The position numbers were made by a program, and so were the translations under genes. A stretch of DNA of 64,000 nucleotides. Origin: Deltaproteobacteria bacterium (GTDB lineage Bacteria > Myxococcota > Kuafuiibacteriia > Kuafuiibacteriales > Kuafuiibacteriaceae). Location of the stretch: positions 64,001-128,000 of the forward strand of contig JAVJQW010000018.1 of assembly GCA_040218735.1 (NCBI GenBank), in the 5' to 3' direction. Below the pieces are notes generated by a model that was given only the letters and a program-made list of their open reading frames with translations, was not told where the DNA came from and did no database searches. Positions 17,674-27,256 of this stretch are shown one piece after another; the first letter of the stretch is position 1; the number at the start of each line of letters is the position of its first letter.

Positions 17674-18848
17674 CAGGGGAGGGGGGCGTCGACGAACAGC
17701 GGCGTGTCCCAGCGAAACGTCACGACGGTCACGGTGCGGTACCAGACCTTGTCGGCGCCGTCGGCGAACACGAGGTCGAGCAACCCCGACAGCTCGACGA
17801 GCCCGTAGCGCGAGGTCAGCCCGATGCGCGCGCGATGGGAGCGAGGGCCTGCGTAGATCTCGTCGCCGTCCTCGCTCACGTAGCGCGCCTCGCCGTCGGC
17901 CGGGAACCAGCCGCGCCACCCGAGCGTCAGCGCGTCGAAGAGGATGACGTCCGCGCCGACCTCCAGCCCGCGGTGCGACGACTCCGGCTCCGACGGGTTC
18001 TGGTTCACGCGCCCCTGGATGAAGGTGACGGGGAGCTCGACGTCGACGCCGTCGAGGAACGCGAGCGGCTTCGGCGTGACGTACAGCGCGAGTGTGGTGG
18101 GTTGGCGCTTCGGATCCAGGCCCAGCCGACGGACCTCTTCCTTCTGCGTGAAGAGCTGCCCGCCGTAGTGGACGAGCCGATACTGAAAGCCTGCTTCGAG
18201 CCACTTGCCCTCGTAGCTGCCGAGCACGCCGACCGCGAACTTCTCGCGGTGCACGTCGGTCTCGAGGAGCTGCCAGTCGAGGAACACCTCCGCGCGGAGC
18301 GGCTCGAGGTCCGCGATGATCTGCGCGCCGTTCTCCACGGGGAGGAACGGGTCGCCGCCGAGATCACGCGCGACGTCCGCGGGGATGCTGCGGTTGTACA
18401 GCTCCTCGTAGTTGCGCGCGTACCCGTAGCGGGGTTCGTCGACGACGGCCGGGTGGAACCCGTGCTTCGTGTCGAGGGAACCGAAGCGCATCGTCAACGC
18501 GTCGCCGAACGGGGTGATCACCACCGCGAGCAGCGGGAACGCGCCGACCTCGTCCTCGAAATCCACCGCGAACGGGAGCCGCCCCAGCACGCCCGCCTCG
18601 ATCGCGACGTGTTCGTCGTGCACCCAGCGCAGCGTGAGTGTGCCGATCGTCCCCGCGTGACCGCGTGCGACGCCGCGGGGGTGCCCCGGGTAGTCGGTGT
18701 CGAAGAGGGTGGGGCGCAGCGTCGCCGAGAGCCCGAGCCCCTCGCCGAATCGGGGTGTGTCCGCGATCGCGGCGGCGGGCGTGACGATCGCGCTCAAAAC
18801 CGCCACCGCGAGGGCGACCCCCTTTCCAAGCCTCGCGCTGGGCGTCAT
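17673..18848 (-). CDS. Putative outer-membrane beta-barrel protein
   Basis: Signal peptide (ALAVAVLSAIVTPAAAIA), alternating hydrophobic strands; start codon uncertain. Confidence 0.65.
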   Translation of the reverse strand: MTPSARLGKGVALAVAVLSAIVTPAAAIADTPRFGEGLGLSATLRPTLFDTDYPGHPRGVARGHAGTIGTLTLRWVHDEHVAIEAGVLGRLPFAVDFEDEVGAFPLLAVVITPFGDALTMRFGSLDTKHGFHPAVVDEPRYGYARNYEELYNRSIPADVARDLGGDPFLPVENGAQIIADLEPLRAEVFLDWQLLETDVHREKFAVGVLGSYEGKWLEAGFQYRLVHYGGQLFTQKEEVRRLGLDPKRQPTTLALYVTPKPLAFLDGVDVELPVTFIQGRVNQNPSEPESSHRGLEVGADVILFDALTLGWRGWFPADGEARYVSEDGDEIYAGPRSHRARIGLTSRYGLVELSGLLDLVFADGADKVWYRTVTVVTFRWDTPLFVDAPLP

Positions 18849-18861
18849 GCTCGACCGGCGA

Positions 18862-19701
18862 ATGATCGCGCGGTGCCCAGGCTGCTCGCAGCGCTTCCCG
18901 ATCGTGGGGAGCTGCGTGATGGCGTGCCCGTTCTGCGGGGCCGACGTGCAGGTTCGGGTGGAGCGCGCGCAGCTGGCGTCGAGCTCGAACGTCGCTTCCC
19001 GTCGCATCACGAATCGCCGGTCCGTCGGCGGACCGGTGACGATCGAGACGCTTACGGCCGAAGAAGTCCAGAAGTTGGCCGACGACGAGGTGAACGTCCT
19101 CTTCGAGTCGGCGCGTCAGGAGGCGCTGCGGCGGCATCGATCGGCGCCCGTGGAGGCCGAGCCGGCGAAGACCGCCTGGGACGTGACCTACGGCGCCGGG
19201 GCCTTCTTCGCGACGCTCGGGGAGATCCTCCGTGCGCCGCGCCGGTTCTTCGCGGAGCTCGAGGCGGGCTCGCCGGTCCCCGCCGTGCTGTTCGCCGCGC
19301 TCGTGCTGACGCCGGGCGCCGTGGCGCACGTGCTCACGCTCGACTTCTGGCTGGGGCGTTACGGTCTGGCTTCGCTCGTCCCGGTGCACGAGCTCGCCCT
19401 CGGCGTCGCGATGCTGCTGCCGCTGGCCGTGCTCTATCTCGTCGCGACGTACCACATGGGCGCGACGTTGCTGTGTCAACGCCGCTTGCGGATCTACGGC
19501 GTCGTGCGCGCGACGTGTTTCGGGCTCGCGCCGCTCCTGCTCGCGGTCATCCCGGGGGTGGGGCTCGCGATCGGGGCGCTCTGGGCGTTGGTCCTTCACT
19601 ACTTCGCGCTGCGGCGGCACCTCGGGCTCGCGGCGTGGCAGGCGTCCGTCGCGCTGTTGGTGCCGCTGGCGCCCGTCGCGGCGATCGTCGCGACGAGCTG
19701 A
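18862..19701 (+). CDS. Zinc-ribbon + YIP1-like membrane protein
   Basis: CPGC...CPFC ribbon; 'FFATLGEILRAPRRFF' followed by about 5 TM helices. Confidence 0.7.
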   Translation: MIARCPGCSQRFPIVGSCVMACPFCGADVQVRVERAQLASSSNVASRRITNRRSVGGPVTIETLTAEEVQKLADDEVNVLFESARQEALRRHRSAPVEAEPAKTAWDVTYGAGAFFATLGEILRAPRRFFAELEAGSPVPAVLFAALVLTPGAVAHVLTLDFWLGRYGLASLVPVHELALGVAMLLPLAVLYLVATYHMGATLLCQRRLRIYGVVRATCFGLAPLLLAVIPGVGLAIGALWALVLHYFALRRHLGLAAWQASVALLVPLAPVAAIVATS

Positions 19702-19702
19702 C

Positions 19703-20317
19703 ATGGACACCTTCGCGCTCCCGGACGGCGTCGCGGCGTCGCACGTCGCGCTGTTCTTGGGGGTGGCGTATCTGCTCGGAGCCATCCCGTTCGGCCTGGT
19801 GCTGGCGCGGGTGATCAAGGGCATCGACGTCCGCGAGCACGGGAGCAAGAACATCGGGGCGACGAACGTCGCGCGCACCGCGGGCAAGCCGCTCGGCATC
19901 CTCACGCTCGTCCTCGACGCCGCGAAGGGCGCGGGGCCCGTGGTCTTCGCGCAACAGCAGTCCTGGGGATGGCTCGCGGCCGCGGGGGGCCTCGTCGCGG
20001 TGCTCGGCCACGTGCTCCCGGTCTACCTGAAGTTCAGGGGCGGGAAGGGCGTCGCCACGGCGGCGGGCGTCTTCGCCGCGCTGTCACCGGTCCCCACCGC
20101 GATCGCGCTCGGGGTGTTCGTGCTGGTGGTCGCGCCGTTTCGGGTGGTGAGCGCGGGTTCCCTTGCGGCCTCGGTCGCGCTCGTGGGCGCCACGGTGGCG
20201 CTCGACGAGCCGAAACCGATCGTCGGGCTGGCGGGGGTGGTGGCCGTGGTCATCTTCGTTCGCCACCGCGGCAACATCCGCCGCCTGGTGTTCGGCCAGG
20301 AAAACCGGGTCGACTGA
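19703..20317 (+). CDS. plsY: Glycerol-3-phosphate acyltransferase PlsY
   Basis: 'YLLGAIPFG', 'DVREHGSKNIGATNV.R', 'GH..PVYLKFRGGKGVAT', 'RHRGNIRRL..GQE'. Confidence 0.96.
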   Translation: MDTFALPDGVAASHVALFLGVAYLLGAIPFGLVLARVIKGIDVREHGSKNIGATNVARTAGKPLGILTLVLDAAKGAGPVVFAQQQSWGWLAAAGGLVAVLGHVLPVYLKFRGGKGVATAAGVFAALSPVPTAIALGVFVLVVAPFRVVSAGSLAASVALVGATVALDEPKPIVGLAGVVAVVIFVRHRGNIRRLVFGQENRVD

Positions 20318-20504
20318 CCCAGATCGCCGCCCACGCGATCCGTGCAGTGCCCCGCCGAGGGTGCGCCTTGCTACCCTCCAATTGGACCGCACGACCGGAC
20401 GGTCGCGGTACTCATGTCCCGATCGTCGGTCAAAACGTGGCATCGAGGCCTCAAAGCGACCGTTTCGAGCGGGCGAATCCGCAGTGTCGGGGTCCGAATC
20501 GAGT

Positions 20505-20520
20505 TGGCACCCATCCTGCT
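20505..20520 (+). promoter_or_regulatory. Sigma-54 promoter
   Basis: TGGCAC-CCATC-CTGCT, GG-N10-GC. Confidence 0.65.
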
Positions 20521-20532
20521 CAAGGAATCGGC

Positions 20533-21198
20533 ATGGTCATCGCGCACAACCTCACCCCCCAAGACGACGATCTCGCTCCCCGCCGCCCTGCGACGGTTCA
20601 AGCCCTCGATGCTCGCCTCTCCGTGTGGGGCCAGGCGGCCCGCGAGGCGGTCGCGAAGCGCGCCGAGGTCATCGCTCGCGGCGCCGCGCTGTACATCGAG
20701 CGCGTCGGTCGCAACGGTGAGGTGCTCCGCCCCGTCCCGCTGGACCACCGGATGGCGTTGCTGTCGACCGAGACCGACGTTCTGGTGCTCGTCGCCGCCA
20801 GCCTGATTCCCGCCGCGGTCAAGCGCTCGTGTCGGCTCCTGTGGGTCGACCCCGAGAAGCTCGCCGCCAACATGCTCGAAGACCTCCAGCCCGCGATCGA
20901 AGGCGCCCGCGCCGAGATTCGTCGCCGCCAGGCCCTCTACCGGCGCCGCGCGCGCCTGTGGCAGCACGACCCGCAGCGCCTCGACCGCCTGCGCGACGAG
21001 GTCGAGAGCCTCCGCGTTCCGCGCTCGAACGACAACGCCGCCGAGCTGGTCGCGCGTGGCCTCCTCCTCCGCCACCGCGAAGACGCGAACCTCGGCTACG
21101 AGCCGCCGACCGAGCCGCTACCCTACGCGAAGCTCCACGTCCGCGCCGGCAGCATCTCCCGCTGGATCGACCAGATCGATCACAGCCTCGACGCCTGA
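20533..21198 (+). CDS. Hypothetical helical protein (221 aa)
   Basis: ATG at 20533, good codon bias, no recognised motif. Confidence 0.6.
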   Translation: MVIAHNLTPQDDDLAPRRPATVQALDARLSVWGQAAREAVAKRAEVIARGAALYIERVGRNGEVLRPVPLDHRMALLSTETDVLVLVAASLIPAAVKRSCRLLWVDPEKLAANMLEDLQPAIEGARAEIRRRQALYRRRARLWQHDPQRLDRLRDEVESLRVPRSNDNAAELVARGLLLRHREDANLGYEPPTEPLPYAKLHVRAGSISRWIDQIDHSLDA

Positions 21199-21281
21199 CC
21201 TGGTCGTTATCGGCAGAGTGAATCTGCCTTCGCCGCGCTGCGCGGTCCCCTCGCGCGTCACCCATCGGCCGACGCGTCGTC

Positions 21282-22709
21282 TCACGGTCGCTGTTGCTCG
21301 CACGCTTCGATGCGTGCGAGCGCCGCCTTCGCTCCGTCCTTGCGTTCGTCGATGATCCGCCGCGCCGCGACGTGCGTCGCCGTGCGGATCCAGCGCTCGA
21401 TGCGCGCGCCGCGTTTCTCTAAGTCGAAGAGCACGCCGTCGAGCTCGTGGACGACGTGGTTCTGCTTCAAGAGGCGCGGGTAGTCTTCGTGCGCTTCGAT
21501 CGCCTCGACGACGACCTTCGCATCGCCCGCGAGGAGCGCGCGCGACTTCGCGTGGTACGGGTTCACGAGCTCCGGCCAGCGGAGGAGCACCGCGTCGAGG
21601 ACGGTGCGCCGGAGTTTGTCGCGGGTGTCGAGCGCCGCTTCGAGCTCGCGCTCGGAGATGTCGAGGCGCTCGTCGATCGACGCGAGCGCTTCGCGGATGC
21701 GCTCGGGCTTGGCGCCGCGGAGCGGCTCGGGGAGCGCTTGCGTGAGCACGGCGCGCTCGGCGGACGTCGCGCCTTCCGCGAAGGCTTCGTCGAGCGTCGC
21801 GGCGGTGGGCATCGCCGTGCCGAGGAGGCGCTCGACGTAGACTTCGGAGGAGCGCACCGGGACGTCGACGGTCGGGTCGTGGATCGCCGCGAAGGCGTGC
21901 GCTTCCGCGAGCGACACGTGACCGTCGCGGTCGAAGTCGGCGCGCCGCTTCGAGATCCCGCGCGCGAACTGCGCGAGGTAGGCGGGGGCGCTGTCGTCGT
22001 CGACGTCCGGCGTGCAGCCGGCCGCCTCGCGATCGTGCGGCACCGCGGCGAGCACGCAGCGCGGGACCTTGGCGACGGGCTTCGTGGGATCGGCGTCTTC
22101 GAACGCGACGTCGGCGAACGCACCCGAGTGGCACTGACCGAGCACGAACGCGGTGGGGGCCTTGCGTGCGCCGAGCGCCTCGACGAGCTGTTGCGCGCTC
22201 ACGCGATCGTCGGGCCCCCACAGCTCGAGGAGCGCGGGCTCCGTCGCGGTGGCCTTGGTGCCGTGGCCGGCGCCGAACACGATCGCGGGGCGGTTCGAAG
22301 GCAGGGCTCCGAGCGCGGCGAGGAGGGCCTCGGAGGTCGCCGCGGCGTGCCGCTCGATCTTCGCGGGGCGGTAGTCCACGTGCAGGTCGCGCCCGCGGTC
22401 GAACACGAGCCCGAGCACCGTTGCCGCGTGATCCTTCTTCGCGGCGGGGATCTGCACCGCGCGGGCCTCGGCGCTCGGCGCCGCGAACAACACGCGCGCC
22501 TTGGGCATCGCGACGTGGAGCGCACGGGTGTGCGCCTCGATCGACGCCTGCGTCCCCTCGGGCCCCCAACCGCCCCCGAAAATCAGCAGCTCCGGCGCCG
22601 CGCTCGCGGACGGCGCACAGGTGAGGTCGCAAGCGCAGGTGAGGAGGCTCGCGGTGAGGAGGACGCGCAGACGCGCGGACGCGATGGCGAGGCGACGGGG
22701 CCGGGGCAT
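21282..22709 (-). CDS. Exported clan CD (caspase/legumain-like) cysteine peptidase with C-terminal coiled coil
   Basis: 'IVFGAGHG' and 'FVLGQCHSGAF' His/Cys dyad; 'ADFDRDGHVSLAEAH' EF-hand-like; signal/lipoprotein-like N-terminus. Confidence 0.7.
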   Translation of the reverse strand: MPRPRRLAIASARLRVLLTASLLTCACDLTCAPSASAAPELLIFGGGWGPEGTQASIEAHTRALHVAMPKARVLFAAPSAEARAVQIPAAKKDHAATVLGLVFDRGRDLHVDYRPAKIERHAAATSEALLAALGALPSNRPAIVFGAGHGTKATATEPALLELWGPDDRVSAQQLVEALGARKAPTAFVLGQCHSGAFADVAFEDADPTKPVAKVPRCVLAAVPHDREAAGCTPDVDDDSAPAYLAQFARGISKRRADFDRDGHVSLAEAHAFAAIHDPTVDVPVRSSEVYVERLLGTAMPTAATLDEAFAEGATSAERAVLTQALPEPLRGAKPERIREALASIDERLDISERELEAALDTRDKLRRTVLDAVLLRWPELVNPYHAKSRALLAGDAKVVVEAIEAHEDYPRLLKQNHVVHELDGVLFDLEKRGARIERWIRTATHVAARRIIDERKDGAKAALARIEACEQQRP

Positions 22710-22729
22710 GCGCGACCCTCGGCGCCGTC

Positions 22730-24016
22730 TCAGAGCGACTGCTCGGGCTTGGTGTCTTCGGCGGACGCCGCCTCGGCCGCGGGCGCGGCCTCGGCGTCGG
22801 AGTCGGAGGCCGACGCGGCCTCGGCCGCGGAAGCGGACTCGGAAGCCGACGCAGACGCGGAACCGGACGCCGACTCGGACTCGGAAGCCGACGCGGACCC
22901 GGACTCGGAAGCCGACGCGGACTCGGACTCGGAACCGGACGCAGACGCGGAACCGGACGCAGACTCGGACTCGGATCCGGAACCGGCCTCGGCACCAGAC
23001 GCAGAAGCGGACTCGGAGGCGGACCCAGACTCGGATGCGGACCCGGACTCGGAATCGGAATCCGACGCAGAAGCGGACCCGGCCTCGGACGCGGACCCGG
23101 CATCGCCCTCGCTGGCGGACCCGGCCTCGACCGCTGCCGCCTCCGCCGCCACAGCTGCCGCTTCAGCGTCCCCGCCATCCTCGGTCACGGCGGCAATCGC
23201 CTCCGCGGCTGCGGCCACGTCCTCGGCGCCTTCCTCGGCGGGCGGGGGCGCGTACTCGGTCGGGTTCTTCGCGCCCTCGTACTTGCGGCGCAGCAGCGCC
23301 AGCCGGTCCTGCGCGAGCTCGAGCTGGCCCTTGAGGACCTGGTAGGAGTCGCGGTTGCCGTTCGCGCGACGGGACGCGGCCTTCGCGCGCTCCTCCGCCT
23401 GCTTCGCCTGCTTGGAGAGCTTCTTTTCGCGGTCGGCGGCGGCGCGCTTGAAGGCTTCGAGCTGCGCCTCGAGCGCCTCGACCTTCTCTTCGGGCGTCCG
23501 CGCCGCGGCGACCTCTTCACCCGCGGTCTCCCCCGTCCGGATCGCCTTCGCGGCCTTCTCGGCGGCGGCCTTGCGCTTCGACTCCGCGGCCTCCATGTCG
23601 GCGATGCGTTTGTTCGCCTTGTCGAGCTTCGTGCGCAGCTCGCTCATCGCCTTGCTGTGGGCGGCTTCGACCTCGCTGTTCGAGAGCGTCACGACCGTCG
23701 CGGCGGACGTCTCGGCCACCTCCGCCGGCGCCGAGTTGTCGTTCTTCGACTTCTTCCCGCCGGCCGCGTGCGCCTCCTTCTTCTGGCGCTTGAGCTTGGC
23801 CTTGGTGGTCTGAAGCTCCTTACGCGCGGCGTCGAGGTCGTCCGACTTCTTCTTCGTGTCCGCGCGCACCTTCTCCAGCTCGCTGCGCTTGTCCTCGATG
23901 GTCCCCTTGGCGCCCCTCAGCTCGGTCTCGAGCGCAGCCACCCGGCGCCACAGGAAAACAGCCGCGATGATCGCCCCGGCGACGAGGAGGAGCAGGATCG
24001 GTTGGAGTTCGTTCAT
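22730..24016 (-). CDS. Membrane-anchored coiled-coil protein with acidic S/E/A low-complexity tail
   Basis: N-terminal TM (ILLLLVAGAIIAAVFLW), about 250 aa heptad-rich region, tail SESESASASESGSAS... Confidence 0.75.
   Translation of the reverse strand: MNELQPILLLLVAGAIIAAVFLWRRVAALETELRGAKGTIEDKRSELEKVRADTKKKSDDLDAARKELQTTKAKLKRQKKEAHAAGGKKSKNDNSAPAEVAETSAATVVTLSNSEVEAAHSKAMSELRTKLDKANKRIADMEAAESKRKAAAEKAAKAIRTGETAGEEVAAARTPEEKVEALEAQLEAFKRAAADREKKLSKQAKQAEERAKAASRRANGNRDSYQVLKGQLELAQDRLALLRRKYEGAKNPTEYAPPPAEEGAEDVAAAAEAIAAVTEDGGDAEAAAVAAEAAAVEAGSASEGDAGSASEAGSASASDSDSESGSASESGSASESASASGAEAGSGSESESASGSASASGSESESASASESGSASASESESASGSASASASESASAAEAASASDSDAEAAPAAEAASAEDTKPEQSL
22790..23115. repeat. 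Degenerate hexamer tandem repeats encoding S-X dipeptides
   Basis: Recurrent GGACTC/GGACGC/GGAACC units on the + strand. Confidence 0.75.
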
Positions 24017-24136
24017 GGCGTGAAGCCAAGCGCATAGCGCACCCAATGCGACCCCTGCAAGCACCGTCATTCGGTGGAATGCCGAACGGGGCCCACCGCT
24101 TTCTTTACCGGGAGCGCTCGCTGCGCGAGAAAGAGG

Positions 24137-27100
24137 ATGGAAGGGAATCACCCGGCGACCGACCCCATGACGCTCCGCCCCGAAGATCGTGCGCTCGCCG
24201 CCCTCCTCATCGAGCGCCAGGCCGTACCGTTCGACATGGTGCTCGCCGCCATGAACGCCGCGAGCACCAGCGATCGCGGCCTCGGGGACTGCCTCGTCGA
24301 CGCCGGCGCGCTCGACGAGGACGCCCTCGACGACTACCGCGAAGTGCTCGAGAGCGGCGTCGCCGTCGACCAGACGCCGGTCGACCAGCTCCTGCAGCCC
24401 TACGATCCCTCGAAGACCCTCCCGAGCCCGCGCGCCGACGCGTTCGAGGACCACGAGGACACCTGGTTCGATCTGCCGCGCCAGGAGGTGATCGGCCCCG
24501 CGACCGAGCGGCCGACGGACCCCTCCCCGCCGACGGACGCACCGATCTCCGACCTCTACGTCGACGACGAGGAGACGATCCCCCCGCCCGCCCCGCGCGT
24601 GCCCGAGCCGGGCCCGTCGCCGGAGGTCTGGGACGGCTCCGGCCCGACGCGCGCCTATCCGCCGGGCCGCATCTCCGAGGACGGCCGCGTGGTCGAAGTG
24701 ATCGACCCCGGCACGCTCGATCCAACCAAACGCCTCCCGAGTGACATCGGCAAGCTCGTCAACGCTTCCATCCCCGCGACCACCAAGCCGTCGCCGCCGG
24801 CGGACACGCCGTGGTCGGATCCGGAGGCGACCGCGATGCCGAACGTTCGGCACGACCCGGTCGTCGCGGCGCTCGCGGACGCGGCCGTCGACGTCGAGGT
24901 CGTACGCGCCGCCGAGCCGCTCGCCCCGACCGGCAAACGCGTCGACGAACGCTACCAACTGTATGGGGAGATCGGACGCGGCGGCATGGGCCGCATCCTG
25001 AAGGCTCGCGACACCGACATCGGCCGCGAGGTCGCCGTGAAGATCCTCCTCGGCGGACGCGACGCCCCCGAGAACCTCATCCGCCGCTTCTGGACCGAGG
25101 TCCAAGCGACCGGCCAACTCGAGCACCCGTCGATCATCCCGATCCACGACGTCGGCCGCCTCCCGTCCGGCGAGCTCTTCTACGTGATGAAGAAGCTCGG
25201 CGGCATCACGTTGCTCGACATCCTCAACGCGATCCACGAGGGCGACGCCGCCAAGAAGGAGGAGTTCTCGCGCGTCCGCCTGCTCACGATCTACCAACAG
25301 ATCGCCTACGCGGTGGCCTTCGCGCACGCGCACGGCGTCATCCACCGCGACATCAAGCCGGCGAACATCATGGTCGGTCAGTACGGTGAAGCGATCCTGA
25401 TCGACTGGGGCCTCGCCAAGATCATCGGCGGCGACGACCCGCTCGAATCGCAGGACCGGCGCGTCGAGCTCGTCGGTCAGTTCTCGGCGACCGAGACCGC
25501 GAGCGGAACGATCACCGGCACGCCGCAGTACATGTCGCCCGAGGCGACCGAGGGGCGCCCGGAGCTGCTCACCACCAAGTCCGACGTCTACGGGCTCGGC
25601 GCCGTCCTCTACGAGATCCTCACGCTGGAGCCCGCCTACCCGGACATCGGCTTCGTGCCGACGGTGATGAAGGTACGGCAGGCCGACTTCATGCCGCCGC
25701 GCCAGCGCGCGCCGCACCTGTCGATCTCGCTGGAGCTCGAGGAGCTCGTCCTCTCCGCGATGGCGCGCCAACCGATCGACCGACCGGATGCCAAGGAGCT
25801 CGCCGACGAGATCGGCCGCATCCTCGAAGGCGCGAAGGAGCGCGAGCGCCGCGAGCAGGAAGCCCGCGCGCGCGTGCGCAAGGGGCGCCGTTCCACCGAG
25901 CGCTGGAAACAACTCAAGGTCGACCTGCAGGCGGCGGAGGCGGAGGCGAAGCGCCTCGCGAAGGAGGTCCCCGCCTGGGCCGACGTCGAGAAGAAGGCGC
26001 CGATCTGGTCGCTCGAGGATCGCGTGAGCGAGCTGAAGATCGAGGCGGTGTCCTCGTTCGAGGAAGCGGAGGCCGACTTCCTCCGCGCGCTCGGCGAAGT
26101 GCCCGACGATCGCGAAGCCCGCAGCGCGCTGTCGTCGCTCTACTTCGCGCGCTTCGGCGAAGCGGAGCGCGCGCGCGACGTCGAAGGGATGCGGTACTAC
26201 CGCAGCCTCGTCTCTCGCTACGACGACGGCGTCTGGGAGCGGGTCCTCGAAGGCGACGGCACCCTTACGGTCGACACCGATCCGTCGGGCGTACGCGTGA
26301 GTATCGCGCGGATGGAGACCGTCCAACGTGTGATGCGGCCCGGCCCCCTCCGCGCGCTCGGCACGACGCCGATCGGGCGCTTCGAGATCCCGATCGGCAG
26401 CTACTTGCTCGTCTTCCACCGCGACGGTGAGCGCGACGTCCTGCGCCCCGTGCTCATCGGCCGCACCGAGTCGGTCTACGTGAAGGTGAAGGTCCGTTCG
26501 TCGGCCGAGATCGGGGACGCGTTCGTGCTCGTCCCCGAGGGCCGCGCCATCCTCGGCGGGGACAGCGTCGCGCACGGCGCGCTCGAACGACACGTCGACG
26601 AGCTCGCGGAGTACGCGATCGCGCGCTTCCCCGTGACCTGTGACGAATACCTCGAGTTCCTCGACGCGCTCGCAAAGGAAGACCTCGCCGCGGCGAAGCA
26701 ACACGTCCCGCGCGCTCGTGCGCAGGAGGGGCACTACTGGCGTTGGGAGGCGTCCGAGGGGCGCTTCGTCTACCCGGAGCGCACGCCCGGCGGGCACGAG
26801 TGGATCGGGAGCTTGCCGGTGAACGGCGTGAGCTTCTCGGACGCGCGCGCGTTCGTGCACTGGAAGAGCGCGCAGACCGGCGAGCAGCTTCGCCTGCCCA
26901 CCGAGAGTGAATGGGAGAAGGCCGCGCGCGGCGTCGACGGTCGTTTCTTCCCGTGGGGCGATCACTTCGACCCCACGTTCTGCAAGATGAAGGAATCGCG
27001 GAACGCGCCGTACCCCGAGCCCGAGCCGGTCGGCACGTTCCCCACGGACTGCTCGCCGTACGGCGCGCGCGACATGGCGGGCGGAATCCGAGAGCTCTGT

Positions 27101-27256
27101 ACGGCGGAGGTCGGCGGACGCACCGTGCCCGTGATGCGCGGCGGCTGCTGGAGCGACACCGGGCTGTTCTGCCGGGTCGCGTTCCGGCACGTGACCCAGC
27201 CCGACTTCGTCAACACGGGCCTGGGATTCCGGCTCGCGAAGGATCTGAAACCATGA
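24137..27256 (+). CDS. Ser/Thr protein kinase + PEGA + FGE-sulfatase (SUMF1) domain protein with MshEN-like N-terminus
   Basis: GRGGMG, VAVK, HRDIKPAN, DWG, GTPQYMSPE; PEGA 'LGTTPI'; FGE 'RLPTESEWEKAARG.DGR.FPWG', 'DMAG', 'GFRL'. Confidence 0.92.
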   Translation: MEGNHPATDPMTLRPEDRALAALLIERQAVPFDMVLAAMNAASTSDRGLGDCLVDAGALDEDALDDYREVLESGVAVDQTPVDQLLQPYDPSKTLPSPRADAFEDHEDTWFDLPRQEVIGPATERPTDPSPPTDAPISDLYVDDEETIPPPAPRVPEPGPSPEVWDGSGPTRAYPPGRISEDGRVVEVIDPGTLDPTKRLPSDIGKLVNASIPATTKPSPPADTPWSDPEATAMPNVRHDPVVAALADAAVDVEVVRAAEPLAPTGKRVDERYQLYGEIGRGGMGRILKARDTDIGREVAVKILLGGRDAPENLIRRFWTEVQATGQLEHPSIIPIHDVGRLPSGELFYVMKKLGGITLLDILNAIHEGDAAKKEEFSRVRLLTIYQQIAYAVAFAHAHGVIHRDIKPANIMVGQYGEAILIDWGLAKIIGGDDPLESQDRRVELVGQFSATETASGTITGTPQYMSPEATEGRPELLTTKSDVYGLGAVLYEILTLEPAYPDIGFVPTVMKVRQADFMPPRQRAPHLSISLELEELVLSAMARQPIDRPDAKELADEIGRILEGAKERERREQEARARVRKGRRSTERWKQLKVDLQAAEAEAKRLAKEVPAWADVEKKAPIWSLEDRVSELKIEAVSSFEEAEADFLRALGEVPDDREARSALSSLYFARFGEAERARDVEGMRYYRSLVSRYDDGVWERVLEGDGTLTVDTDPSGVRVSIARMETVQRVMRPGPLRALGTTPIGRFEIPIGSYLLVFHRDGERDVLRPVLIGRTESVYVKVKVRSSAEIGDAFVLVPEGRAILGGDSVAHGALERHVDELAEYAIARFPVTCDEYLEFLDALAKEDLAAAKQHVPRARAQEGHYWRWEASEGRFVYPERTPGGHEWIGSLPVNGVSFSDARAFVHWKSAQTGEQLRLPTESEWEKAARGVDGRFFPWGDHFDPTFCKMKESRNAPYPEPEPVGTFPTDCSPYGARDMAGGIRELCTAEVGGRTVPVMRGGCWSDTGLFCRVAFRHVTQPDFVNTGLGFRLAKDLKP

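Noticed and set aside
22790-23115. Possible CRISPR array or VNTR
   Set aside because: In-frame degenerate hexamers with no constant repeat and unique spacer structure; no cas genes in the window.
21447-23345. Plus-strand ORF with DSDSEADAD repeats resembling staphylococcal SD-repeat adhesins
   Set aside because: It is the reverse reading of the S/E/A tail of the minus-strand coiled-coil gene and has no plausible start, signal or anchor.
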